A stretch of 64,000 bases of DNA from Polyangiales bacterium (GCA_046351515.1 JAXLYJ010000005.1:370892-434891), one strand, 5' to 3'. Numbered from the stretch's first letter, positions 1 through 9,917 are shown. The notes: generated from the sequence alone by a model not told the origin. Numbers and translations: made by a program.

Positions 1-415
1 CGTGCGGCGCGAGCAGCGCGCGAACGTCGGCAGGCACTTCTACCGCCGTCGGCCCTTCGAGCGAGCACACCGCGATCACGTGCTCGAACTTCGCCCGAGG
101 CTTGTGATCGCTCTCGCCGACGACGGTGTGCTCGAAGGTCACGCTCGATCGACCGATGCGACGCACGCGAACCTGCACTGCGCAGCGCTCGCCGTAGCGA
201 ATCGGCGCTGAAAAATCGCCCGCCAATCGCACGGTCGGGATCCCCATCCTGCGCGGCCCTGTGAACTGCGCATAGCCGCCCGGAAGCTCGTTGAACAACG
301 CCTCGAGCGCCCGGTGGCACCAGTCGAGAATCCGCGGAAAATACACGAGGCCCGCGATGTCGCACTCGCCCCAGGTCACGTCGATCCGGTGTTCGAACAC
401 GGGCCAGACGTACAC
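1..415 (-). CDS. Hotdog-fold acyl-CoA thioesterase (4HBT-like); 3' end lies beyond the left window edge, so it is absent from the ORF track
   Basis: Manual translation of the minus strand gives ...(M)YVWPVFEHRIDVTWGECDIAGLVYFPRILDWCHRALEALFNELPGGYAQF...VTFEHTVVGESDHKPRAKFEHVIAVCSLEG..., a typical 4HBT thioesterase N-terminus. Putative GTG start at 413-415. It diverges from the SDR gene. Confidence 0.55.
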   Translation of the reverse strand, partial: MYVWPVFEHRIDVTWGECDIAGLVYFPRILDWCHRALEALFNELPGGYAQFTGPRRMGIPTVRLAGDFSAPIRYGERCAVQVRVRRIGRSSVTFEHTVVGESDHKPRAKFEHVIAVCSLEGPTAVEVPADVRALLAPH

Positions 416-530
416 CCAGCGCGCGCGCCGTGGCCAGTCGCGTCGCGAACGCCGCTCGTATGCGCGACGTTCATGGCTCGAGCGCTCGATTCATCGTGCG
501 CGAGTGCGGTATCCATCTCGACCATCAGAG

Positions 531-1295
531 ATGACGGACCATCGCGGAAGAGTGGCGCTCGTCACGGGCGCGAGTCGGGGGATCGGCGAGGCTGTGGCGC
601 GCAGGCTGGCGCGCGAGGGGCTTCGCGTCGCCGCGATGGGACGCGACCGAACGGCGCTCGAGCGCGTCGCGACCGCGTGCGACGGCGCTGCGTTCGCGTG
701 CGACCTCACGGCGCCGGGCGACGTCTCGCGCGCGCTCGCGGACATCGAGCGAGCGCTCGGCCCGATCGACGTGCTCGTGAACAACGCCGGCGTCGCCGAG
801 AGCGCGCCGCTCGAGCTCACGGATGACGCGATGATCGAGCGCACGTTCGCGGTCAACGTCTGGCCTGTGATGCGCCTGTGTCGCGAGCTCGCGCCCAAGA
901 TGGCCAAGCGCGGCTGGGGGCGGGTCATCAACGTCGCGTCCAACGCGGGGCTCACGGGCTACGCGTACACGAGCGCGTACTGCGCCTCGAAGCACGCCGT
1001 CGTGGGATTTACCCGCGCGCTCGCGGCGGAGATCGCGCGCAGCGGCGTGACGGTCAACGCGATCTGTCCGGGCTTCGTCGACACCGAGATGACCGTCGCC
1101 GCGGTCGAGCGGATCGTGAAAAAGACCGGGCGCAGCGCCGAGGAAGCGCGAAGGGCGCTCGAGTCGCAGTCGCCGCAGCGACGGCTGATGACCGTTGAAG
1201 AGGTCGCGCACGCGGTGTTCGCGCTCGTTCCGCACGAGGCGCGGGGCGTGCACGGACAGGCGATCGCGCTCGATGGAGGACAGGTGCTGTCATGA
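531..1295 (+). CDS. Short-chain dehydrogenase/reductase (SDR, 3-oxoacyl/3-hydroxyacyl reductase-like)
   Basis: Start refined to the ATG at 531 (MTDHRGRVALVTGASRGIGEAV...). TGxxxGIG Rossmann motif, NNAG, and catalytic YxxxK (YCASKHAVVGFTRALA). The 240-nt upstream part of ORF 291..1295 is noise. Confidence 0.85.
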   Translation: MTDHRGRVALVTGASRGIGEAVARRLAREGLRVAAMGRDRTALERVATACDGAAFACDLTAPGDVSRALADIERALGPIDVLVNNAGVAESAPLELTDDAMIERTFAVNVWPVMRLCRELAPKMAKRGWGRVINVASNAGLTGYAYTSAYCASKHAVVGFTRALAAEIARSGVTVNAICPGFVDTEMTVAAVERIVKKTGRSAEEARRALESQSPQRRLMTVEEVAHAVFALVPHEARGVHGQAIALDGGQVLS

Positions 1296-1687
1296 AGATC
1301 GTGCAACCCGAGGGATGGCCTTCACCGCGTGGATACGCGAACGGAATCCTCGCCGACGGCCCGACGCTCTACGTCGCCGGCCAAATCGGCTGGAACGAGC
1401 GCTGCGAGTTCACCACCGACGATCTCATCGAGCAGTTCGACCAGGCGCTCGCCAACGTCGTCGCCGTGCTGCGCGCCGGTGGAGCGCGGCCTGAACACGT
1501 CGTCCGTATGACGGTCTACGTCACGGATCTGCCCGCGTATCGCATAGGAGCTCCCAAGCTCAAGGAGCCTTGGCGCAGGCACTTCGGGCGGCATTTTCCC
1601 GCGATGGCGCTCGTCGGTGTCGCCGGGCTCGTCGAGCCTCGGGCGAAGGTCGAGATCGAGGCGACCGCAGTGCTGCCGAGCGCGTGA
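1292..1687 (+). CDS. RidA/YjgF/TdcF-family reactive-intermediate deaminase
   Basis: 131 aa with a YjgF-like fold signature (GPTLYVAGQIG...VVRMTVYVTDL). ATGA overlap with the SDR stop implies translational coupling. Confidence 0.8.
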   Translation: MKIVQPEGWPSPRGYANGILADGPTLYVAGQIGWNERCEFTTDDLIEQFDQALANVVAVLRAGGARPEHVVRMTVYVTDLPAYRIGAPKLKEPWRRHFGRHFPAMALVGVAGLVEPRAKVEIEATAVLPSA

Positions 1688-1746
1688 CGTTCGGGCTCGC
1701 GCGGCTTCCAACGTGAGCCCCAGGGGTAGATACTCCGCGCACGCTC

Positions 1747-2568
1747 ATGGCCGAACTGTCTCCCGTTGGCTTTCTCTTTCGCCTCGATCGCGGCGTCGCG
1801 AAGATCACGCTCAACCGTCCGACGCGACTCAACTCGCTGACGTTCGAGATCTACCAAGAGCTCGCCGAGTTCTTCGTCACGCTCTCGAGCCACCCTGACG
1901 TTCGCTCGATCGTCATCACCGGCGAAGGACGCGGGTTCTGTTCGGGCGGAGACGTGCAGGACATCATCGCCGAGCTGTTCGCTCGAGACGCGAAGGGCAT
2001 GCTCGCCTTCACGCGCACGACGGGCGAGCTCATCGCCAACGTGCGGCGCTGCCGAAAGCCCGTGATCGCCGCGGTCAACGGCGTCGCCGTCGGCGCTGGC
2101 GCGGTGCTGGCAGCGGCGTCGGACGTTCGCTACTTCGCGCGCTCTGCTCGCATCGGGTTCATCTTTCCGAAGGTCGGGCTGTGCGGCGCGGACATGGGCG
2201 CGGCGTACTTGCTTCCGCGCATCGTTGGCCTCGGTCACGCGAGCGAGCTTCTCTTCTCGGGCGCGGTCATCGACGCCGACGAAGCGGCGCGCATCGGGCT
2301 CGCCAACCGCGTGTACGCCGACGACGAGCTGCTCGACAAGGCCATGACGTTCGCGCTGCAGCTGTCGCAGGGGCCCGCGTTCGCGCACTCGATGACGAAG
2401 CAGATGCTCGAGAGCGAGGCGCGGATGGGCCTCGCCGAGGCGATCGAGAGCGAGGCTCAGGCGCAGGCGCTGTGCATGTTTCACCCTGATTTTCGCACTG
2501 CGTACGAGGCCAACACACGCAAGCTCGCCCCTCGTTTCGAGGGTGCTCCCCACGGCGAATCGAAGTAA
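1747..2568 (+). CDS. Enoyl-CoA hydratase/isomerase (crotonase superfamily)
   Basis: ITLNRPTRLNSLT...ITGEGRGFCSGGDV...AAVNGVAVGAGAVLAAASD: canonical crotonase oxyanion-hole motifs. Confidence 0.85.
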   Translation: MAELSPVGFLFRLDRGVAKITLNRPTRLNSLTFEIYQELAEFFVTLSSHPDVRSIVITGEGRGFCSGGDVQDIIAELFARDAKGMLAFTRTTGELIANVRRCRKPVIAAVNGVAVGAGAVLAAASDVRYFARSARIGFIFPKVGLCGADMGAAYLLPRIVGLGHASELLFSGAVIDADEAARIGLANRVYADDELLDKAMTFALQLSQGPAFAHSMTKQMLESEARMGLAEAIESEAQAQALCMFHPDFRTAYEANTRKLAPRFEGAPHGESK

Positions 2569-2583
2569 GCAAGAGGCACCGAA

Positions 2584-4128
2584 GTGACCCCGCTCGCTCG
2601 CACGCGCAACACGCCCAGCACCGACGAGTTTCCGTTCTTCTTCGAGCCCGTGCACATCGCTCTCGCCGAGCGTGCGCGGGACTTCGCGATGAACGTCGCC
2701 GGTCCCGAAGAAGACCTGCACCGTCGAGCCGCCGCAGCGACCTACGAAGTTCTCGGCGAACGCTGCAAGGCGCTCGCGCTGCGCCTCGGAAAAGAGCGGC
2801 TCATCGACGCGTGCGTCCCAGCTGCGTACGGCGGACTGCCGTTCGGCGGTCGGCGCGAGCAGCTCGATGTTCGCTCGATCTGTTTGCTGCGCGAGACCCT
2901 CGCGTGGTCGAGCGCGCTCGCGGAGTTCGTCCTCGCGATGCAGGGGCTCGGCACCTACCCGATCGTCGTCGCGGGCAGCGACGAGCAACGCAAAGAGTAC
3001 TTGCCCCCCGTGTTGCGCGGCGAGTCCATCGCCGCGTTCGCCGTGACCGAGCCGGAGGCAGGCTCGGACGTGGGCGCGATGCGCACGACGGCCGATCGAC
3101 GCAAGGACGTCTACGTGATCAACGGTCGCAAGACGTTCATCTCGAACGCCGGCATCGCGGGACAGTACGTCGTGTTCGCGAAGACCGATCCGGCCGCAGG
3201 AAGCCGCGGAATCTCTGCGTTCATCGTGAAGGACTCAGACCCGGGCTTTCACTTCGAAGGTCCGCAGATGCTCATCACCGAGCACCCCGTCGGGTCGATT
3301 CGCTTCGATGAGCTCACGATCCCCGCCAACCGTCGGCTCGGCCGCGAAGGAGAGGGATTCAAGCTCGCGATGCGGACGCTCGACACGTTTCGCACCACCG
3401 TCGGCGCTGCCGCCTGCGGAATGGCGCGCCGCGCCCTCGACGAGTCGCTCTTTCGCGCGACGACGCGAGAGCAGTTCGGCAAGGCGATCTCGGACAACCA
3501 GCTCGTGCAGGGGTTGCTCGCGAACATGGCGACCGACCTCGACGCTGCTCGCCTGCTCGTCTACCGCGCCGCGTACGGGCGCGACAAAGCGATCGAGCGC
3601 GTCTCGATCGACTCGAGCATGGCCAAGTACTTTGCGACCGAGGCCGCGCAGCGCGTGATCGACAGCGCGGTGCAGGTGCACGGCGGCGCCGGCGTGCTGA
3701 GAGGGATCGCCGTCGAGCGTCTCTACCGAGACATTCGCGCGCTGCGTATCTACGAAGGCACGTCGGAGATCCACCAGGTGATCATCGCGCGCGTGCTCGT
3801 GGGCGGAGAGAAGGCGCGGCAGGACGCGCGCATCCCCGGTGACGCGGGAGACAACCTTCGCGACACGATTCGCGAGGGGCGCGGGCGCGACGGTGACACC
3901 GCGCAGACGGCGCAGATGCCAGCGGTGCTCGCGCCGCCGACGAAGGCTCCGCAGCGACCGACGCCGAAGAAGCCGTTGATCGCCGCGAATCTCTCGGACG
4001 ATCCGCGAAAGACACTGCCCGAGATTCCTGCGCGAAAAGCGCAGGCGGTGATCCGCGAGACGATGCCCGACACGCCCGCGTCCAAGCTGCTCGGAAAGGG
4101 CGGCAAGCGCGAGAACAGCAACGAGTGA
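2584..4128 (+). CDS. Acyl-CoA dehydrogenase with an unusual ~130-aa low-complexity C-terminal tail
   Basis: GTG start. AFAVTEPEAGSDV, YVINGRKTFISNAG, IYEGTSEIHQVIIARVL: full acyl-CoA dehydrogenase N-terminal, middle and C-terminal domains. After ...ARVLVGG there is a Pro/Lys/Arg-rich extension ending ...KGGKRENSNE. Confidence 0.85.
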   Translation: MTPLARTRNTPSTDEFPFFFEPVHIALAERARDFAMNVAGPEEDLHRRAAAATYEVLGERCKALALRLGKERLIDACVPAAYGGLPFGGRREQLDVRSICLLRETLAWSSALAEFVLAMQGLGTYPIVVAGSDEQRKEYLPPVLRGESIAAFAVTEPEAGSDVGAMRTTADRRKDVYVINGRKTFISNAGIAGQYVVFAKTDPAAGSRGISAFIVKDSDPGFHFEGPQMLITEHPVGSIRFDELTIPANRRLGREGEGFKLAMRTLDTFRTTVGAAACGMARRALDESLFRATTREQFGKAISDNQLVQGLLANMATDLDAARLLVYRAAYGRDKAIERVSIDSSMAKYFATEAAQRVIDSAVQVHGGAGVLRGIAVERLYRDIRALRIYEGTSEIHQVIIARVLVGGEKARQDARIPGDAGDNLRDTIREGRGRDGDTAQTAQMPAVLAPPTKAPQRPTPKKPLIAANLSDDPRKTLPEIPARKAQAVIRETMPDTPASKLLGKGGKRENSNE

Positions 4129-4152
4129 CAGTGTGATCGACGGATCGACGCC

Positions 4153-5802
4153 ATGACCGACACGCCGACGTTCGCGGACGACTTCAATCTTGCTGACTAC
4201 TTCCTGCACGATCGAATCCGCGAAGGTCGCGGCGATCGCGTGGCGGTTCGCTTCGGTGATCGACGGTACACGTACCAGTCGGTGAGCGATCGTTCGCGCG
4301 GGTTCGCCGCGTCGCTCCGCGCTGCGGGCGTCGAGCAAGAGCAACGAGTGCTCGTGATCCTGCCCGACCTTCCTCCCTTCGCGTGGTCGATCATGGGGAC
4401 GCTCGAGGCGGGCTGCGTGCTCGCGATGGGCAACCCCGACGCGCCTGCGAAGGACCTCGCGTACTTGCTCGAGTACACCCGCGCCGCAGCGCTCGTCACG
4501 GTGCCTCGCGTGATCGAGTCGCTCGCGTCCGAGCTCGAGCGATCCGCGCACCTCGAGGCGGTGTACGTCGTCGCCGACGCGAAGACCGGCGAGGATCCGT
4601 GCGCGACGGTGGAGCTTCCGACGCTCGGTGATCGCGCGGTGTACTTGCTCGAAGACGAGGTCAGCGCGAAGCGACCGTGGAGCGAGCCGGTCAAGACCCG
4701 CCGTGACGACGTCGCGATCTGGCTGTTCACCTCGGGGTCGACGGGGCACCCGAAGGCGGCGATGCACACGCATCGAGACTTCGCGTTCAACACCGAGGTG
4801 TTTGCCAAGCGCACGATCGGGATGCGCGAAGACGACGTGACCGTGAGCATTCCGAGGCTCTTCTTCGGGTACGCGACGGGGACGAACCTGTTCTTTCCGT
4901 TCGCGGTGGGCGCGACGGCGGCGCTGTTCAGCGAGCGACCGACGCCCGACTCGCTGATGCGCGCGATCGAGTGGTATCGGCCGACGGTGCTCACCAACGT
5001 CCCCACGATGATCGGAAAGCTCCTCGATCACGACGAGGCGCTTCGCTCGAAGGGTGAGAGCGGTCTCGACCTCTCGTGCTTGCGGTTCTGCTTCTCTGCG
5101 GGCGAGGCGCTGCCGCCGCCGCTGCTCACGCGATGGACCGAGCGCTTTGCGATCGACGTGTACGACGGGATCGGCTCGGCCGAGATGTTTCACATCTACG
5201 TGAGCAATCGCCCAGGAGACATCAAGCCGGGATCGCTTGGTCGCGTGGTCGATGGCTACGTCGCGAGGGTCTTGCCCGCGGAGGCCGAGGGCCCCGGAGC
5301 GCCTGAAGTGAGCGCCGACGAAGTAGGCGTCCTGTGGATCCGCGGAGACTCGGTCGCGCTCGGGTACTTTCAAGATCGCGACAAGTCGTGGCGCACGTTT
5401 CACGGCCACTGGTGCCGCACAGGAGACCTCTTTCGCCGCGACGCAGACGGCTACTTCTGGTTCGCCGGCCGGGCGGACGAGATGCTCAAGGTCTCGGGCC
5501 AGTGGGTCTCGCCGATCGAGGTCGAAGAGTGCTTGCTCGCACACGAGGCGGTGCTCTCGTGCGCGCTCATCGGCGTGGATCAGGGCGGAGGGATGCTCTC
5601 GACGCGCGCGTATGTGCAGCTTCGAACAGGATTTTCTGCGGCAGAATCGCTCGCCTCGGCCCTGCAAGAGCACGTGAAGGCGCGCCTGACGAAGCACAAG
5701 TACCCGCGTGAAGTCGTGTTCGTGGACGATCTTCCGCGCAACGACCGCGGCAAGATCGACCGTAAGGCGATCAAGGCGATGGCTGGGGGATCGGCGTCGT
5801 GA
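4153..5802 (+). CDS. Benzoate-CoA ligase-family aryl/alicyclic-acid CoA ligase (AMP-dependent synthetase)
   Basis: FTSGSTGHPKAAMHTH AMP-binding motif, YGxTE-like GYATGTN, and C-terminal ...PRNDRGKIDRKAIKA. Overall resembles the BadA/BclA/AliA family. Confidence 0.8.
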   Translation: MTDTPTFADDFNLADYFLHDRIREGRGDRVAVRFGDRRYTYQSVSDRSRGFAASLRAAGVEQEQRVLVILPDLPPFAWSIMGTLEAGCVLAMGNPDAPAKDLAYLLEYTRAAALVTVPRVIESLASELERSAHLEAVYVVADAKTGEDPCATVELPTLGDRAVYLLEDEVSAKRPWSEPVKTRRDDVAIWLFTSGSTGHPKAAMHTHRDFAFNTEVFAKRTIGMREDDVTVSIPRLFFGYATGTNLFFPFAVGATAALFSERPTPDSLMRAIEWYRPTVLTNVPTMIGKLLDHDEALRSKGESGLDLSCLRFCFSAGEALPPPLLTRWTERFAIDVYDGIGSAEMFHIYVSNRPGDIKPGSLGRVVDGYVARVLPAEAEGPGAPEVSADEVGVLWIRGDSVALGYFQDRDKSWRTFHGHWCRTGDLFRRDADGYFWFAGRADEMLKVSGQWVSPIEVEECLLAHEAVLSCALIGVDQGGGMLSTRAYVQLRTGFSAAESLASALQEHVKARLTKHKYPREVVFVDDLPRNDRGKIDRKAIKAMAGGSAS

Positions 5803-6584
5803 GCGAGCGCTGGCGCGAGGCTCCGCTCTCGCTGAGCGAGTGCACGATGAAGGACTGCGCTGACGTGCTCGCGGGCCCGACGCCGGTGGCGATCGTGGGG
5901 CTGGGATCGACCGAGCCGCACGGGCCGCATCTGCCGCTCGAGACCGACGCGCTGCTCGCGAGAGAGAGCGCGATTCGCGCGGCGAAGGAGCTGCGCGCGC
6001 GCGGGGTGAGCGCCGTCGCCGCGCCGGTGGTCTCGTATGGCGTGACGCGATACGCGGCGGCGTTTGCGGGCGCGGTGACGGTGAGCGACGAGGCGCTGAT
6101 CGCGTACGTCAGCAGCGTGTGCGAGGGGCTGCGCAACGCGGGGTTCGCGCTGGTGTGCGCGACCAATCACCACCTCGAGCCCGAGCACGTGCGCGCGATC
6201 GAAGCGGCGATTTCCAAGGCGAACGAGAGCGTTGGTGCGGTGTGCTTCGCCAATCAGCTCACGCGGCGATGGGGAAGGACGCTCTCGAGCGAGTTCAAGC
6301 GCGGGGCGTGCCACGCCGGGAGCTACGAGAGCTCGCTGGTCCTCGCGGCGCGGCCCGAGCTGGTGCGCGAGTCGATCCGCGAAGCGCTGCCCGACGTCGA
6401 CGTCTCGCTCAGCGAGGCGATTCGCGAGGGAAAAACCGAGTTCGTCGCGATGGGGCTCACTGACGCGTACGCGGGTGAGCCGCGCGAGGCGAGCGCGCGC
6501 GAGGGCGACGAGCTGTACGCGAAGCTCACCGAGATGATCGTGACCGAGGTGCTCGAAGCGATCGGGCGCGGCGTCGCGCGATGA
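5799..6584 (+). CDS. Creatininase-family amidohydrolase (creatinine amidohydrolase/MftE-like)
   Basis: GSTEPHGPHLPLETD metal-binding motif, ATNHH and ESSL motifs typical of the creatininase fold. GTGA overlap with the ligase stop. Confidence 0.7.
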   Translation: MSERWREAPLSLSECTMKDCADVLAGPTPVAIVGLGSTEPHGPHLPLETDALLARESAIRAAKELRARGVSAVAAPVVSYGVTRYAAAFAGAVTVSDEALIAYVSSVCEGLRNAGFALVCATNHHLEPEHVRAIEAAISKANESVGAVCFANQLTRRWGRTLSSEFKRGACHAGSYESSLVLAARPELVRESIREALPDVDVSLSEAIREGKTEFVAMGLTDAYAGEPREASAREGDELYAKLTEMIVTEVLEAIGRGVAR

Positions 6585-7903
6585 GCGAGCCCCGCGACGA
6601 GCCGGGGCTGCACCGAGAGCTCGGGGTGCGCTCGTCGACGCTGCTGACCGCGGGGGCGATGATCGGAACAGGGATCTTCGTCTCGCCCATCGCGACGGCG
6701 AAGGCGACGACGAGCGCGGGATGGATGCTGTTCGCGTGGCTCTTGGGCGGCGCGCTCTCGCTGCTCGGCGCGCTGTCCTTCGCCGAGGCGGGCTCGGCGT
6801 TGCCCGAGACCGGCGGTCTCGCGGTTTATCTGCGTCGCGCGTTCGGTGATTGGGCGGCGTTCTTGTTTGGCTGGGCGATGGTCGCGGTGCTCGTTCCGTC
6901 GAGCGTCGCGTTCTTTGCGCAGGTGGCGTATTGGCATCTTCGCGACGCTGGGGTGCTGCTTCGGCCGGCGTGGCCCACGGTGTTCATCGTGGTGCTCGCG
7001 GCGGTCAACGTTGCGGGGCTGCGCTCGGGCGCGCGAACGCAGAACGCGCTCACGGTGTGCAAGGTGATCGGCGTGGCGCTGGTCGCTGCGCTGGGCTCGA
7101 GCAGGATTTCTCCTGGCGAAATCTCAGCGTCCGCGCAGGCTCCCCGCGGCTCGATCGCGGCGTTCGCGGCGGCGATGGTCCCCGTGCTGTGGGCGTACGA
7201 CGGCTGGATCGACATCACGAGCGTCGCGGGCGAAGTGCGCGAGCCGCGACGCACGATCCCGCGCGCGATCCTCGGCGGAACGCTGCTCGTCACCGCGCTC
7301 TATCTCTTCGCCAACCTCGGCCTGCTCGCGGCGTTCGGCCATCACGGGCTCGCGTCGCTCGGCGAGCGCGACACGGTCTTCACCGTGGGGCCGTGGTCGT
7401 CCGGTGGGCTGCGCGTCGCGCTCGCGCTGCTCGTCGCCGTGGCGTCGATCGGCGGCGGCGCCGTTGGGCTCATGAGCGGCGCTCGCGTGGTGTTCGCGGT
7501 CGCTCGCGACGGGCTTCTCTTCTCGTGGCTCGGTCGCGTCTCGTCCCGGGGCGTGCCCGCAAACGCGCTGATCGCCTGCTCGATCGTGGCGCTCGCGTAT
7601 GTGCACTCGCCGCTCGCGAGGCTCGGCGAGGTGTTCGTGCTCGGCGCGTGGCCGTTCTACGCGCTCGGAGCGGTCGCGGTCGTCGTGCTTCGCAAGCGTT
7701 CGCTGCTCGGAGCGCTCGAGGACCGAGCGGTGTTTCGAACGCCCTTGTTTCCGTGGCCACAAATCATCTTCGCGCTCGTGAGCGTGGCGATCGTCCTTGG
7801 CTACGCGGCGCGCGAGCCGAAGAACACCGCGATCTCTCTCGGGGCGATCGTCGCGGGTCTCGCGCTGTTTCCGTGGTTTCGAGCCCGACGAAAACAACAA
7901 TAG
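6581..7903 (+). CDS. APC-superfamily amino acid permease
   Basis: 440 aa with about 12 predicted TM helices. N-terminal GAMIGTGIFVSPIATA motif typical of APC transporters. ATGA overlap with the upstream gene. Confidence 0.8.
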   Translation: MSEPRDEPGLHRELGVRSSTLLTAGAMIGTGIFVSPIATAKATTSAGWMLFAWLLGGALSLLGALSFAEAGSALPETGGLAVYLRRAFGDWAAFLFGWAMVAVLVPSSVAFFAQVAYWHLRDAGVLLRPAWPTVFIVVLAAVNVAGLRSGARTQNALTVCKVIGVALVAALGSSRISPGEISASAQAPRGSIAAFAAAMVPVLWAYDGWIDITSVAGEVREPRRTIPRAILGGTLLVTALYLFANLGLLAAFGHHGLASLGERDTVFTVGPWSSGGLRVALALLVAVASIGGGAVGLMSGARVVFAVARDGLLFSWLGRVSSRGVPANALIACSIVALAYVHSPLARLGEVFVLGAWPFYALGAVAVVVLRKRSLLGALEDRAVFRTPLFPWPQIIFALVSVAIVLGYAAREPKNTAISLGAIVAGLALFPWFRARRKQQ

Positions 7904-8121
7904 ACTCGATGTGTTGACGGCAATTCGCGCGCTCGAGCTTGCGCCGCGCGCGGTTCGTTGCCACCGTGTCGCCCGCTTCTCGCTCTGCCACCCAACGGTG
8001 TTCGGCACCGCCGAAGAAGCTGCCATCAGACTCACAGGGGCGACGGTCCTACCCCGAGGACCGTAGGGCGGGATGGCAAACAGCGCTCCCCAGCACCGCC
8101 GCGTGCGATGGAGGATGTGTC

Positions 8122-8451
8122 ATGTCGATTCGCTCGATCGTTGCCGTCGCGTTCGTCGCTCTCTTCAGCGTCGCTGGCTGTCGCAACAACGGACAGCCCG
8201 CGCTCGCTCCGTCTCGCGTCGCGTGCGATCGCGTCGTCTCGCTCTGTCAGGGCAACGACACCGATCGCCGTCAGTGCGAGCAGACCTTCGCGGACCTTCG
8301 CCCCAACGTCGACGCTGAAAACGCTGCCCGCACCGCGCGATGCGTCGCCGAGGCGCGCACGTGCGGCGAAGCGACGGGCTGCATGGCGGGCGGCGCCGCA
8401 CGCGCGGGGGCTGGCTTCCTCCGCGACTTCACCAACGGGCTGACGCGCTAG
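8122..8451 (+). CDS. Small Cys-rich lipoprotein (hypothetical)
   Basis: MSIRSIVAVAFVALFSVAGC lipobox followed by about 90 aa carrying 7 Cys. Start refined to the ATG at 8122 inside ORF 7939..8451. Confidence 0.5.
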   Translation: MSIRSIVAVAFVALFSVAGCRNNGQPALAPSRVACDRVVSLCQGNDTDRRQCEQTFADLRPNVDAENAARTARCVAEARTCGEATGCMAGGAARAGAGFLRDFTNGLTR

Positions 8452-9917
8452 CCCACGCGATAGCGCGCGACGCGGCGGCCGCTGGGATCGATGCGGTCGA
8501 CGATTCCGTCGTACTCGATCCACGCGCCACCGTCCTCGAGCGTGACGCTCGCCGTGCGTCCTTCAGGGACGGTCACCGCGTACGTCACGCGCTCGTTCGC
8601 GCTGATCGCGACGTCGCTGCCCGAGTGATAGAGCAGCACGCCGTTGCCGAGCTCGGCCGTGGGGGCCTTGGTCGACTCGGGCCGCGCCACGGAGAAGCGT
8701 CGGCGCCCCTCGGCGTCGATCACGATGCACTCGATGCGGCGCCCTGCTTTCTCCCAGCGATCGCGCACGAGCGCCACGCCTCCGCTGCGCAGCGGAAGCG
8801 CGTTGGCCCCTTGCGCGATCCAGCGAACGGACGGCTTTGGGCTGCGCACGTCCACGCGCGCGACGACGTCGCTCGAGGCCACCAGCACGTGACCGTCGCC
8901 CGAAGGAGCGATCTGCGCGTTCTTGTCGACCGGCAGGCTCCAGCGTTCGCTGCCGTCGGGCAGCGCGAGGGAGACGAGCTTCCACGGAGGCTCGATGACT
9001 TGAACGCTGTCCGAAAACGAGACCGCGTTGGCGACGGTGGCGCTCGGAGCCTGCCACGCGATGCTCGCGTCCTCGCGAAGCACCATTTGTGATTGATAGC
9101 CGGCGACGAAGACGCATCCGCGCGAGAGCGAGATCGCTTCGAACGCGCTCGCTCGGCCTTCATGGCGCGCCGGTCCGCGCACGGCGCCTTCGGCGTCGAT
9201 CACGTAGGCGAGCGCGCCGCCGCCGTCGCTGGGCGTCGCGAGCGCGACGATCACGAGCGCGTTGGTGTTGCGGGCGCGCGCGACGAAGGTGTCTCGGCCT
9301 GCTCCCTCCAGGTCCGCGCGCCACAGAACGCGATCGCCTCGAAGCCGAACGAGCTGCGTTCGGTCCCCTGCGCTCTGCGTGACGACGCGCGAGCCGTCAT
9401 CGAGCTCGAGCGTGCTTCGCGGCGGGACCGCGGCGCCTGGCTTGCGCGAGGACCACGTGCGAGGGCGCACGTCGCTGAGCTTGGGCAAGTCCGGGGTCGA
9501 GAGCGCGAAGACGCGGGTGACGAGCGCGCGAAACAGCTCGGTGCACGCGACGGACCCTTGCTCGATCCAGCCGAGCGCGTCGCGGTCGCGCGTGGGCATT
9601 TCGGCGGAGAGCTCTTCGAGGTGCCTTCGTCGAAGCTGCGGAGAAAGCGCGGCGAGCGCGAGCGGCGTGCGATCGAGCAGCGCGGCGCGAGCGGACTCGT
9701 GCTGAACGACGCACACGTCGTGCATGACCAGCTCGGCTCGCTCGCGGTCGCACGAGACGACGTCGACGAGATAGCTCGAGCAGCGGGTGCAGCGCGCGAC
9801 GCGGAGCTGGCGTTGACCGGGCGAGGGGTTCGTCGTCGATCCGAGGAGCCACTCGATGTCGTCCTTGGGCTCGTTGCTTCCGAAGCCTTTTCTGCAGCGA
9901 TCGCAGCGCTCGCTCAT
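8448..9917 (-). CDS. Hypothetical protein: N-terminal CxxC...CxxC zinc ribbon plus beta-propeller-like (PQQ-like) repeats
   Basis: True start taken at the ATG at 9915-9917 (MSERCDRCRKGF...CTRCSSY). The 225-codon Arg-rich extension of ORF 8448..10592 is an out-of-frame shadow overlapping the next gene. ATGA overlap with the upstream gene stop. Confidence 0.5.
   Translation of the reverse strand: MSERCDRCRKGFGSNEPKDDIEWLLGSTTNPSPGQRQLRVARCTRCSSYLVDVVSCDRERAELVMHDVCVVQHESARAALLDRTPLALAALSPQLRRRHLEELSAEMPTRDRDALGWIEQGSVACTELFRALVTRVFALSTPDLPKLSDVRPRTWSSRKPGAAVPPRSTLELDDGSRVVTQSAGDRTQLVRLRGDRVLWRADLEGAGRDTFVARARNTNALVIVALATPSDGGGALAYVIDAEGAVRGPARHEGRASAFEAISLSRGCVFVAGYQSQMVLREDASIAWQAPSATVANAVSFSDSVQVIEPPWKLVSLALPDGSERWSLPVDKNAQIAPSGDGHVLVASSDVVARVDVRSPKPSVRWIAQGANALPLRSGGVALVRDRWEKAGRRIECIVIDAEGRRRFSVARPESTKAPTAELGNGVLLYHSGSDVAISANERVTYAVTVPEGRTASVTLEDGGAWIEYDGIVDRIDPSGRRVARYRVG

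Noticed and set aside
3235-5697. 820-aa minus-strand ORF antisense to the acyl-CoA dehydrogenase and CoA ligase genes
   Set aside because: Arg/Ala/Gly-rich low-complexity translation with no motifs, fully overlapping two well-conserved plus-strand genes. It is a typical high-GC antisense shadow ORF.
7903-8122. Short imperfect hairpin (GGTCCTACCCCGAGGACCGTAGGG) after the permease gene as a rho-independent terminator
   Set aside because: The stem is only about 5 bp with no following U-tract, too weak to call a terminator with confidence.
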